64,000 nt of DNA from a candidate division WOR-3 bacterium (lineage in GTDB: Bacteria; Hydrothermota; 32-111). Of this stretch, positions 20,438 to 30,262 are shown in pieces; positions within the stretch are counted from its first letter, which is position 1; every line of letters begins with the position of its first letter. A program made the position numbers and the translations under genes. The notes under the pieces are model-generated. The model saw only the letters and a program-made list of their open reading frames with translations, was not told where the DNA came from and ran no database searches. The stretch lies in contig JBDRZU010000001.1 of NCBI GenBank assembly GCA_039804105.1, forward strand, positions 1,184,001 through 1,248,000. Reading direction: 5' to 3'.

Positions 20438-22013
20438 AAATCTCCCGGACGAAACAGGTGTTTATATTTTCAAAGATAAAAATGGAAACATTTTATATAT
20501 AGGAAAAGCTTCCTCAATAAAAAATCGAGTTAAACAGTATCTTTTAGAGCAAGATAAGAGAGTTCAGGTTCCGTTCATACTTTCTGAAGCAGAGAAGGTT
20601 GAATACATTCTTACAAAAGATCAGAAAAATGCTTTGTTTCTTGAATTTAAACTCATAAACAAGTTTAAACCAAAATATAATGTAAAACTCAAGGATTCAA
20701 ATTCATATCCATATATAAAAATTTCTGGTGATAAATATCCTGTTTTATCTTTAACCTATAAAATAGATGATGGAACCTTTTTTGGTCCATTTTCAAAAGT
20801 TTCGTATGTAAAAACAATAATTGAGACTTTGAATAAAATCTTTTTGCTAAAAAGATGTAATCAAAAAAATCCCAAAAAAATTTGTATTGAGTATCAGATT
20901 GGAAATTGTGGAGGGGTATGTCAATTCGAAGAGGAAAAAAATATTTACAAACAAAAGATAAAAAAGGTTGAAGAAATTTTAAATGGTGGAACAAAAGAAT
21001 TGATAAAATTTTTAAAAAGTTACATGGAAGAACTTGTACAGAAAGAAGAATTTGAAAAAGCAGCTTTTGTTAGAGATAGCATAGAATTTATTAAGAAAGA
21101 GATCAAAAAAGGGAAAAGATTAACTTTTAAATATCAAAACAGAGATATCGTCTCTTTTTCGTTTGATAAAAGAAATGGAAGTTTTTCTGTATTAAAAATA
21201 AGGGAAAATTATATATCCGACATAATTACAAAAACATTTGTTTTTAATGAAAAGATGCCAAAAGATGAGATATGTAAAGAAATTTTATTAAAGTATTATA
21301 TTTCAACATCTGACTTCGATTTTTCTACCCTTGTTATAGATTTTAATTTTTTAGATGAAAGTTTTATAGAATTTTTTAAAGAAAAGGGAATCAATGTTGT
21401 AAAACTGGAAAAGAGTTTGATAGATCAGGAACCTTATAGAATTGCCAGAGAAAATTCTGATAACGAACTCTATAAATTTATAAAAAAAGAGTTTGTTCCT
21501 TCATCTATAATTGAATTAAAGAAGAATTTAAATCTGAAAGAGATTCCAAAAAACATTGTTGGAGTCGATATATCACATTTTTCTGGTGATTGGAATAGTG
21601 GCTCGGTTGTATTTTTTGAATATGGGAAACCAAAAAAATCTTTTTATAGGTATTATAACCTTGACGAAATAGGTAATGATGATTATCTTTCAATAAAAGA
21701 GATTTTTAAAAGATATCTTGAAAAATATGATGTAAACCTTGCAATAATAGATGGTGGTATAGGGCAGTTGATGATAGCAAAACAGGTGTTGAATGAATTG
21801 AATAAGGATATAGATTTGATTTCTGTTGCAAAAAAAACAAATACGATTTTTTTTCCAGAAGGAAAAAATGTTCAACTTGATATCAGATCGGGATCTTTTT
21901 ATATCATAAAAAAAGTTATAGATGAAGCGCACAGATTTGCTAACAAGTTGCGAAAGATAAAGATGAAAAATAAGATTGGAGTAAAAAAGAATGCAAAAAG
22001 AAATAACTCTTGA
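20424..22013 (+). CDS. uvrC: Excinuclease ABC subunit C (no C-terminal HhH pair)
   Basis: GVYIF..YIGKA GIY-YIG, EEFEKAA UVR, DISH, IDGG, DEAHRFA. Confidence 0.88.
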   Translation: MIDYKNLPDETGVYIFKDKNGNILYIGKASSIKNRVKQYLLEQDKRVQVPFILSEAEKVEYILTKDQKNALFLEFKLINKFKPKYNVKLKDSNSYPYIKISGDKYPVLSLTYKIDDGTFFGPFSKVSYVKTIIETLNKIFLLKRCNQKNPKKICIEYQIGNCGGVCQFEEEKNIYKQKIKKVEEILNGGTKELIKFLKSYMEELVQKEEFEKAAFVRDSIEFIKKEIKKGKRLTFKYQNRDIVSFSFDKRNGSFSVLKIRENYISDIITKTFVFNEKMPKDEICKEILLKYYISTSDFDFSTLVIDFNFLDESFIEFFKEKGINVVKLEKSLIDQEPYRIARENSDNELYKFIKKEFVPSSIIELKKNLNLKEIPKNIVGVDISHFSGDWNSGSVVFFEYGKPKKSFYRYYNLDEIGNDDYLSIKEIFKRYLEKYDVNLAIIDGGIGQLMIAKQVLNELNKDIDLISVAKKTNTIFFPEGKNVQLDIRSGSFYIIKKVIDEAHRFANKLRKIKMKNKIGVKKNAKRNNS

Positions 22014-22728
22014 AGTTAAAAATTTGACTAAAAAGTATGGAAGAAAAATAGCGGTTAATGATATAAGTTTTAAACTCAAAGGTGGAGATATTTTTGGTTT
22101 TATCGGCCCGAACGGTGCTGGAAAAACAACAACAATAAAGTGTATTGGAGGTCTTCTTGAATATGAAAACGGTGATATTTTAATAAATGGAACAAGCAAT
22201 AAGATTTTTGATCAAAATTTAAAAAGAAGTTTGGGTTATGTTCCTGATACTCCTTTTTTATATGACAAGTTAACAGGCCGAGAGTTTTTATATTTTGTTG
22301 GAAGGTTGTATGGAATGGAAAGGAAAAAGATAGAAGAAAAGATAGATGAATATTCAAAAAAACTTGAATTTTATGATTATATGGATTTAAGAACGGAAGA
22401 ATATTCGCATGGAATGAAACAGAGAATAATAATTGCAAGTAGTTTTATTCATTCTCCAGATATTTTTTTGATCGATGAACCGATGGTTGGACTTGATCCA
22501 AAGAGTTCGAAAATAGTGAAAGATCTTTTTAAAGAGTTTTCTTATTCAAACAGGATCCTTTTTATTTCAACCCACACGCTTTCACTTGCAGAAGAGATCT
22601 GTAATAAAATCGGGATAATGGATAAAGGTAATCTTGTATATTTTGGTTCGATAGAAAATTTGAAGGAAAGTTTGAAAAAGTCAAACCTTGAAGAACTATT
22701 TTTGGAAATTACAAAAGATGATAACTGA
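21991..22728 (+). CDS. ABC transporter ATP-binding protein
   Basis: GPNGAGKTT, YSHGMKQR, LIDEP. Confidence 0.93.
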   Translation: MQKEITLEVKNLTKKYGRKIAVNDISFKLKGGDIFGFIGPNGAGKTTTIKCIGGLLEYENGDILINGTSNKIFDQNLKRSLGYVPDTPFLYDKLTGREFLYFVGRLYGMERKKIEEKIDEYSKKLEFYDYMDLRTEEYSHGMKQRIIIASSFIHSPDIFLIDEPMVGLDPKSSKIVKDLFKEFSYSNRILFISTHTLSLAEEICNKIGIMDKGNLVYFGSIENLKESLKKSNLEELFLEITKDDN

Positions 22729-24373
22729 AATATTTACTTTAAAAAGTAAAATTGTTTTGAGATCTCTGATGATAAAAGATTTTAAATCATTTGTAAAATT
22801 TTTGACTTTTTTATTTGTTATAACAACATTTCTTTCTGGAACATATTTTGTTTTCTTTAAAGTGTTTAACTATCTTTTGAATCTTGAAGATATAGGACGT
22901 GGATTTATTTATAGAATAAGTTCTTTACTTTTTACAATAATATTTTTTCTTCTTTTTACAAGTTCAATCATAACCTCGCTTTCAACATTTTTCAGAACAC
23001 CTGAACTTGAATTTCTTTTTTCAACGCCATTGAAAACAGAACACATATTCTTTTCAAAGATTGTTGAAAATGGTTTTTATGCTTCATGGGCTTCTTTGGT
23101 AATATCTCTTCCTTTGATCTTTTCGATAGCAAAAGTTTTTAATATTGAATCAATCTATCTTGTAAAATGGTTGATTTTGTTTATTGGGATGCTTTTTGTG
23201 TCAACATCTTTTGGGATTTTTATTGTTTTTTTGATTTCAGATCTTTTTAAAAGATTTTCTTTAAATTTTTTAATCTCTCTGATTTTTATAATATTGATTT
23301 CTTTTTTTGTGTTTTTCTTTATTTTTGTGAAACCTGATATATTCAATCTTCCAAAAAATGCAACTCTTGAAGAGGTTACAAAATATCTAAATTCTCTTGA
23401 AGTTGAACAGTTTAAATATTTACCAAGTGGTCTTGTTCTTCAAATAATATTCAATGATATAAATGCGAAAAGTTCTTCTGTTCAATATTTTTATCTCTCG
23501 GTCTATATTGTGTTCACGGTAATTTTTCTTCTGTTTATTATAAAAATTTATAGAAAAAAATATCTCGGGTTTTCCCTTTTAAATCTTTCAATTAAAAAGA
23601 AAAGGAGCAAAGTTCTTGAAAATAAGATCTTTTCTAAAAATCTTGAAATTTTTTTAATTGTAAAAGATATGGTGATTTTTTTCAGAGATCCTTCACAATG
23701 GGGTCAATCTTTGATATTTATGATTTTGCTTTTCATCTATTCGTTTAGTATAATAAGAAGTCCAATTTATTTTAAAACACCATTTTATACTTACATTTTG
23801 TCCTTTGCAAACCTTGGTTTTTCATCTTATATTATGGCAACACTCTCAGTTAGATTTATATACCCTTTGATTTCTCTTGAAGGTAAAACTTTTTCCATCA
23901 TAAAAAGCTCGATCAAAATCGAAAGATACTTTAACTCTAAACTGATTTTCAATTTTTTGATAATTTTTTTTCTTGGAGAATTTCTTATTGTTATGACAAA
24001 TATTTTTTTGAAGATGGATCTTTTAATAATTGTGTTATCAACGATAATAACTTTTATATTCTCTTTTGGAATAACTATAATCAACACAGGTCTTGGAGCG
24101 ATTTTACCTGATTTTAGCGAAAAAAATCCTTCCAAAATTGCAAGTGGTTTTGGAGGAATAGTTTCCGCTGTAATTTCTCTTTTTTATGTTGGATTATCCC
24201 TTTCTATTCTTTCGAATCCTGTAAAAAATTATTTTGAAAGTAGTTTCAGAAATCTTCCTTTTGATATAAAAGAATTTTATTTTTCAGTATTTTTTATAAT
24301 TGTATTTACTTTGTTAATGTTTATAATAATTTACATTTTTGCTTTGAAAAGATTGAAAAATTTTAACTTTTAA
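22718..24373 (+). CDS. ABC-2-type exporter permease
   Basis: Polytopic membrane protein overlapping the ATPase; RDPSQW and SLEG motifs. Confidence 0.8.
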   Translation: MITEIFTLKSKIVLRSLMIKDFKSFVKFLTFLFVITTFLSGTYFVFFKVFNYLLNLEDIGRGFIYRISSLLFTIIFFLLFTSSIITSLSTFFRTPELEFLFSTPLKTEHIFFSKIVENGFYASWASLVISLPLIFSIAKVFNIESIYLVKWLILFIGMLFVSTSFGIFIVFLISDLFKRFSLNFLISLIFIILISFFVFFFIFVKPDIFNLPKNATLEEVTKYLNSLEVEQFKYLPSGLVLQIIFNDINAKSSSVQYFYLSVYIVFTVIFLLFIIKIYRKKYLGFSLLNLSIKKKRSKVLENKIFSKNLEIFLIVKDMVIFFRDPSQWGQSLIFMILLFIYSFSIIRSPIYFKTPFYTYILSFANLGFSSYIMATLSVRFIYPLISLEGKTFSIIKSSIKIERYFNSKLIFNFLIIFFLGEFLIVMTNIFLKMDLLIIVLSTIITFIFSFGITIINTGLGAILPDFSEKNPSKIASGFGGIVSAVISLFYVGLSLSILSNPVKNYFESSFRNLPFDIKEFYFSVFFIIVFTLLMFIIIYIFALKRLKNFNF

Positions 24374-24391
24374 ATATAAAAGGAGTAAAAA

Positions 24392-27163
24392 ATGAAAAAA
24401 TTATTTTTCTTTCTTTTAACACTTCTATTTTTTCTTTTCTCTTTTTCTGAATATCTTGTTGTAAGTGATAAAATGATATCTAAAGTTGATATCTATTACA
24501 ATTTTGATGGGCTTTATATTGGAAAAACAGAAAAATTTTTGAATGGAGAAGGTGAACTTTTTATAAAAGAGTTTAGAAAAGATAAAAACTATTTTGTTCT
24601 TTCTGGAAGAGATCTTAAAAATATTCCAAAAAATGTTATCTATTTTAATTTTGAAAAAAGTATTTTTCTTATAGAAAGTGAAAGTGAAATTTATGAAAAA
24701 GAAACAAACTTTGAAATGGTAAAACTGAATTTTAGAAAAAAAATGGATTTTGATCCTTTTGAAAATTATCTTTCCTTTCCTCATATAAACCTGAAAAATT
24801 TAAGAAGAAAAGATCAACTTTCTGGTATACTATCAAACATCTCTTCCGATTCTTTGTATAATACTGTGGCAACACTTTCAGGTGCATATCCCTATCCACA
24901 GGGAACGTATAGTAAATCAAGAGTCATGGTTACAACATGGCTTGATACTGCTTCTGTTTATCTTTTCAATAGGATGAATTCTTGTAGTCTTGACACAGTT
25001 TATTATCAGGATTTTTATGTTGGTTCTTACCATGTAAAAAATGTTGTAGGACTTAAAAAAGGTATTTTATCTTCAGATACATGTATAGTTGTTGGTGCCC
25101 ATTATGATGACTATTCAAACAATTTTAATATAGCGCCTGGTGCTGATGATAATGCTTCTGGGTCTGCTGCTGTTTTGGAACTTGCAAGAAACTTTTCTTC
25201 GACAACTTCTGATTATGATATATATTTTGTTCTTTTTACAGCAGAAGAATATGGACTTTATGGTTCAGAATATTTTGTTTATAACTATATTTTACCCGAA
25301 AGTATGTTTGTTCTTGGAATGTTAAATTTTGATATGATAGGATACAATCCGAGTTTAAATTATCAATTAACTTTATATGGACTATCACATTCCGATCCTT
25401 TAAAAAATCTCTATAAACAGATGTGTGATAGTTTTACAACAGTAAATTGTGTTATTGGAGGAGGAAGTTCTGGAAGCGACCATTATTTCTTTGATATCGA
25501 AGGATTTAAAGTCACATTTGCTATAGAGTATACTTTTTCACCTGTTTACCACTCAACAAAAGATTCAATATCTTATCTGAATTTTGACTACATGAAAGAG
25601 GTTGTAAAAGGTGGTGCTGCAACTTTATATATACTTAGTAAAATTCCTGCATCAATTAATTCACTAACACTGAATGATAAGGGTGATTCAACGGTTCTTG
25701 TCAATTGGAGTAAATCGATAAGTCCAGATGTTTCAGGTTATAAAATTTATTATAGAAAAGAAGGAGATTTGAATGAAAATTTTATTATGACGCCTGATAC
25801 GAATTCATATACCACACCATCTTTGATTCCAGGTTCTCTTTATTATTTCAGAGTTGTTCCTGTTGATAATGATGGTATTGAAGGTTTTTCAGAGATTATT
25901 GATACGATAACTCCATCTTTCGTTCCAAACAGGATCAGTTTGAACAAGATATATTCTGATAAAGAAAACGTTTACATATACATTCAAAAAAATAACGCAC
26001 TCGATTTTTCACATTACAATGTTTACAGAAAGAGAAAAGGTGATTTAAGTTTTTCTTTAATAAAAAGTATAACAGATACATTTTTTATTGATTCAACATT
26101 AAATGATAGTTCAATATATATATACTGTTTTACAACAGTTGATAAATCTTTATATGAAAGTGAACCTTCCAACACTGACAGTGTTCGTCTGTTTAAAATG
26201 GAAAAAGAATTTTTGGTAATAGATGAGACAAACAACAGTACAACTGTTACAGATTTAAAAACAGATTCCTATTATGATTCTATCTTTGGTAAATTTATAT
26301 ATGATAAAGTGGATATGGATTCAATAACGAAAGGAAACAATATAATTTTTGGTAATTACAAAAAAATTTTCTATATAGATGATGATCTTTCAACCAACAA
26401 ACTTGATTATGAAGATCTAGTAAGATATGTAGAAAATGGGGGAAAAGTTATTCTGGCGGGATGGAATATCGGACGATCGATAACAGGCTACCCTTCAACA
26501 TACCCTGTTTATCCTGAAACGAGTTCTGTTGCGTATAAAGTTTTTAATATTTCAAAGTATAATAGAAAACAATCAGCAGATCTTGTAAAAATTGATTATA
26601 ACATAGTTGGTAGAAATGATAGTGTTAAGTTTGTTGAATCAAAACTTCCTGTTGGTTCAAACGGTAATCTAATCTATGGTGGAATATTTGAACTTGTTGG
26701 ATTAAACCAGATTTTTGGACATTTTGTTTCAGCATCAATGGATACAGTTTTTAATGAAAAAACTATTCTCTACTCAAAGAAGGATACTTCTATTATAGTT
26801 CTTGGTGCACCACTTTATTATATGGAAACACAGAGTGCAAAACGACTCATTAACGATATCTTATCGTTGTGGGATATTCAGATGGGTATTGAAGAAAAAG
26901 ATCTTTTCATAAAAGGTAACGATTACATAAATCTCAAATACTCTAAAGGAAAAATCTTATTACATTATGAAAACATACCTTTTGAAAGTTATAGTTTAAA
27001 AATTATAGATGTTTCGGGAAGAATTATAAGGAATATCAATTTTGATATAAAAGAATCAAAGGGTGTTTTCAGTTTTGATGAAAAACTTAAAAAAGGAATT
27101 TATTTTATAAATCTTACTTCAGAAAATTTAAGATTTAACAAAAAGATGTTTATTGTTGAATAA
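24392..27163 (+). CDS. Secreted M28 peptidase with FN3 domains and T9SS-like C-terminal domain
   Basis: GAHYD, GADDNASG, AEEYGL, SDH, YHS; FN3-like segments; IIDVSGR..GIYF..KKMFIVE. Confidence 0.87.
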   Translation: MKKLFFFLLTLLFFLFSFSEYLVVSDKMISKVDIYYNFDGLYIGKTEKFLNGEGELFIKEFRKDKNYFVLSGRDLKNIPKNVIYFNFEKSIFLIESESEIYEKETNFEMVKLNFRKKMDFDPFENYLSFPHINLKNLRRKDQLSGILSNISSDSLYNTVATLSGAYPYPQGTYSKSRVMVTTWLDTASVYLFNRMNSCSLDTVYYQDFYVGSYHVKNVVGLKKGILSSDTCIVVGAHYDDYSNNFNIAPGADDNASGSAAVLELARNFSSTTSDYDIYFVLFTAEEYGLYGSEYFVYNYILPESMFVLGMLNFDMIGYNPSLNYQLTLYGLSHSDPLKNLYKQMCDSFTTVNCVIGGGSSGSDHYFFDIEGFKVTFAIEYTFSPVYHSTKDSISYLNFDYMKEVVKGGAATLYILSKIPASINSLTLNDKGDSTVLVNWSKSISPDVSGYKIYYRKEGDLNENFIMTPDTNSYTTPSLIPGSLYYFRVVPVDNDGIEGFSEIIDTITPSFVPNRISLNKIYSDKENVYIYIQKNNALDFSHYNVYRKRKGDLSFSLIKSITDTFFIDSTLNDSSIYIYCFTTVDKSLYESEPSNTDSVRLFKMEKEFLVIDETNNSTTVTDLKTDSYYDSIFGKFIYDKVDMDSITKGNNIIFGNYKKIFYIDDDLSTNKLDYEDLVRYVENGGKVILAGWNIGRSITGYPSTYPVYPETSSVAYKVFNISKYNRKQSADLVKIDYNIVGRNDSVKFVESKLPVGSNGNLIYGGIFELVGLNQIFGHFVSASMDTVFNEKTILYSKKDTSIIVLGAPLYYMETQSAKRLINDILSLWDIQMGIEEKDLFIKGNDYINLKYSKGKILLHYENIPFESYSLKIIDVSGRIIRNINFDIKESKGVFSFDEKLKKGIYFINLTSENLRFNKKMFIVE

Positions 27164-27193
27164 AAAAGGGGCTTTAAAAAAGCCCCTTTTTTT
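27162..27193. terminator. Bidirectional intrinsic terminator
   Basis: AAAAAAGGGGCTTT..AAAGCCCCTTTTTTT between convergent genes. Confidence 0.88.
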
Positions 27194-27208
27194 AAAACCA
27201 AAAGTTTG

Positions 27209-28501
27209 TTACCAAACTCTCTTATAATAATCATCAGAATCAGTATAATCATCCCACATAGTTTGTCTTGTTGGATCATATACTTCACCACCAATTCCGT
27301 TTGCATTTGTATCCAATCTCCATTTTTTGTCTGAATTATCCGTGACTTCTTTTGAAACATAGAGGTAAACAGCAGAAGTGTTATTCCAATCAAGATTTAT
27401 CAGTGAATATTCTACCTGTGTTGTATCAGGTGAAATTGATAAAGCACCAGGTATATAGGTATAACTTCCATTAACTGATGCAAAAACTTTTATGTTGTTG
27501 TTTGTTAATTTTGTTATATCCATGTTGTCATTGAAATGTATTGTTAATATTGGTGAACCATAACCGATGTTGACCCAGTTTACTCTTGGTGGTGTGTCGT
27601 CATCTCCACCTGAACCTTGTGTTAAAAATCTTGTTTTGTAATTTTTGATTGAAGAAGTGTAAGTATCATCAAAATATGGTAGGGACTTATTTCCAGCAGA
27701 GTCAGTTATTGTTGAACAGACAACTTCAATTTCATAGAGTTTTCTTTCTGCCAATGGATCTCCATTTTTTACCTGGAATTCCGCTTCCCATATTCCCCAC
27801 CACCATAAGTAAGAATAATCTACAAGTTCAATGTTTATTTCACTTCTTGAACCATCATCATTAATTTTATAAAGTTTTGTACTGTTTACAACTTTTGATG
27901 ATTCAACAAGTTCATCAAATTCAACAAAGAAATGTGCATTAACATTCACATTTCCAGTATTTGGGAAAATTCCTAAAATTACTGGATTTTCATAATCAAC
28001 AAAGTCAGTTCCAGCACCAGTTCTGAACTGGTAGATCACATCATCATAAGGTGATCCATCATCTTTTTCGTTACCATTTCCATCAAGGAAACTGTTTGAG
28101 GTTGATTTAACACCATTTTTTATTCTCAAAGTATATGTTGCATTATCGGCAAAAGTTGCTGTAATTTTTACTCGTTTAAATTCTGGTTCATAAACTATTG
28201 TTATATTTGAAATATCGCCTGATGGACCATTTTCCGATAAAGCAAAATTTGTTGCATTAACTGTTGAGTTCAAAAGATAATCATTAAAATACACATATAT
28301 AACACCTTCTACATCACCTGTTGATGGATCAACATCCTGAATGTTCCCCATATTACCTGGGTTTGTATTAATGATGTTCAAAATGTTTTTTCCAGAAGTT
28401 GCCAGTTCCAGATCGTTTTTTATATCAGCAGATTCGTAAGGTTTAAATGTACAACCTGCCAGAATCAGAATAAATATAATTAAAGGAATAAACTTTTTCA
28501 T
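27209..28501 (-). CDS. Lipoprotein with Ig-like (Big_5-type) domains
   Basis: LAGC lipobox; repeated P.V....P / F....D Ig-like patterns; DGNGN motif. Confidence 0.7.
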   Translation of the reverse strand: MKKFIPLIIFILILAGCTFKPYESADIKNDLELATSGKNILNIINTNPGNMGNIQDVDPSTGDVEGVIYVYFNDYLLNSTVNATNFALSENGPSGDISNITIVYEPEFKRVKITATFADNATYTLRIKNGVKSTSNSFLDGNGNEKDDGSPYDDVIYQFRTGAGTDFVDYENPVILGIFPNTGNVNVNAHFFVEFDELVESSKVVNSTKLYKINDDGSRSEINIELVDYSYLWWWGIWEAEFQVKNGDPLAERKLYEIEVVCSTITDSAGNKSLPYFDDTYTSSIKNYKTRFLTQGSGGDDDTPPRVNWVNIGYGSPILTIHFNDNMDITKLTNNNIKVFASVNGSYTYIPGALSISPDTTQVEYSLINLDWNNTSAVYLYVSKEVTDNSDKKWRLDTNANGIGGEVYDPTRQTMWDDYTDSDDYYKRVW

Positions 28502-28516
28502 TTTATCCTCCTATCC

Positions 28517-30136
28517 TTAAAACTTCACATTGACTGAAACTGACCATGTTGAAAGATCTGTTAAATTTGAAAAGCCCATAAAGTCAATTTTAACATTCTT
28601 TGAAATTTCCCAACCAAGTCCATAGTAGTAATATGTTGATATTGAACTACCCTTTCCTGTTGCTTCGTAATCGTATCTATATGATGGATTTTCAACTATG
28701 AACTGGTATGTTGAACCATCACCATAAAGATATTCTCCAATAACTGGTGAGTATGAAAGATATTTTGAACTCTGATAACTGTTATTCCATGAGAAATATG
28801 TTCTTGCACCCAATCTTCCAAACAGATTTGTTAAGAAATTGTATTCTATTCCAACAGGAATTGCTAATGTTGAAGTTAGATAATTTTGCACAAATTCCTG
28901 TGTAAAACTACCTGTTTCTGTGTATGTATAATCATTAACATCATTGATTCCGTTTCCATCATCGTATGTTTCTCTGTAATACTCAATGTAATTTAATGTA
29001 TCTATTTCTGAATTTTTATACTGTGAGAACTCTATCCCAATTCCAAACAATGCCTTATCAAGTTTTTTCACATACTTTCCACCTATTGCCCAGTTTATAT
29101 TTGCCATATGTATAACTGTTTGAGAATCAAGAAGTGATAGTGAATCAAGATATGTGTAAATTTCATCTGTTGCAATACCTGGATAGACATCTTCTTCATA
29201 TGTGTATTCGTCGTAGAAATAATAAACAGGTTTGTATGAATTGTTTTGTAGACCTGTGAAAAATTCGATTGAATCTTCGTTCAATCTGTAATAACCCTTT
29301 AAGTTGAAGCCAATGTTTGTACCAGGTGCATTGTAATAGTTGTTGTAGTAATCATCGTATTTATAATAGTTGTTGATTGTTTGATCCTGTGGAGCATAAT
29401 CTTCATAAAGTGTGTCCCTGTAAAAATCTGAATAATCATTTTTCAAAAATCCAAAATTGATTGCTCCAACAAACTCCATATTTATCGTTGCAAAACCACC
29501 AGCAATGTTGATCAGATCAACCTGGTATTTGTTATCATAGTTTGCTTTATAATCTTCATAACCGGTGAACAGTATGTCGTTGGAAACTATGTTTGAATCA
29601 ATTGTTTCAAAAATAGCGTTTGTGTTTGAATTGTAGTTGTTAACATATTTTGTATACGAAAAACCAACTTTCACCCCTTCCTTTTTGCCAAAAAGAAAAC
29701 CAAAGTAATTTGCAGAATTTTCATCTAAAATACTCTGTGTTTGATTAATTGATAATTTACTCATATAATCATAGATCTGGTCACCATTTGTATCCATAAA
29801 GTTTCTTTCTTCACTTATTCCTGAATCATTGTATGAATATTTTGTAGAAGCAGAAAGAATTCCAAGATGGAGCATTTCCATCATTGAACCTTTTAGTCCG
29901 ATAAGATAGTTTGGTGAAGAACCATCAATAAGTTGTTCACTTAATGTGAAGTTTGAAAGGTTTGTGTAAAGGTTAAAGCCCTCGATGTTTGTCATTTCTG
30001 TTAAACCTAAAATCGCTTCAATCTCATCATCAATTATTCTGCCTGTTGAAATTGTTCTAAAAGATGAGAATTGAGCGGAAATTGTTAGAGAGAGAATCAG
30101 AATGAGAAAAAGAGAAAATAGCGTTTTGACCTTCAT
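28517..30136 (-). CDS. Putative outer-membrane beta-barrel protein
   Basis: Signal peptide, Tyr-rich alternating strands, C-terminal WSVSVNVKF. Confidence 0.6.
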   Translation of the reverse strand: MKVKTLFSLFLILILSLTISAQFSSFRTISTGRIIDDEIEAILGLTEMTNIEGFNLYTNLSNFTLSEQLIDGSSPNYLIGLKGSMMEMLHLGILSASTKYSYNDSGISEERNFMDTNGDQIYDYMSKLSINQTQSILDENSANYFGFLFGKKEGVKVGFSYTKYVNNYNSNTNAIFETIDSNIVSNDILFTGYEDYKANYDNKYQVDLINIAGGFATINMEFVGAINFGFLKNDYSDFYRDTLYEDYAPQDQTINNYYKYDDYYNNYYNAPGTNIGFNLKGYYRLNEDSIEFFTGLQNNSYKPVYYFYDEYTYEEDVYPGIATDEIYTYLDSLSLLDSQTVIHMANINWAIGGKYVKKLDKALFGIGIEFSQYKNSEIDTLNYIEYYRETYDDGNGINDVNDYTYTETGSFTQEFVQNYLTSTLAIPVGIEYNFLTNLFGRLGARTYFSWNNSYQSSKYLSYSPVIGEYLYGDGSTYQFIVENPSYRYDYEATGKGSSISTYYYYGLGWEISKNVKIDFMGFSNLTDLSTWSVSVNVKF

Positions 30137-30235
30137 CTTTCCTCCTTTTTGAAAGATTTATATAAAGTGAAATTTTATTCCCATAATACGATTTTAAACT
30201 TTCTTTTTTATAAAGTCAAGAGATTTTATTTTAAG

Positions 30236-30262
30236 AAAAACAGAGGGAATTAAATCCCTCTG
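30236..30262 (-). terminator. Intrinsic terminator after tldD
   Basis: CAGAGGGA..TCCCTCTG hairpin followed by a T-run on the minus strand. Confidence 0.75.
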
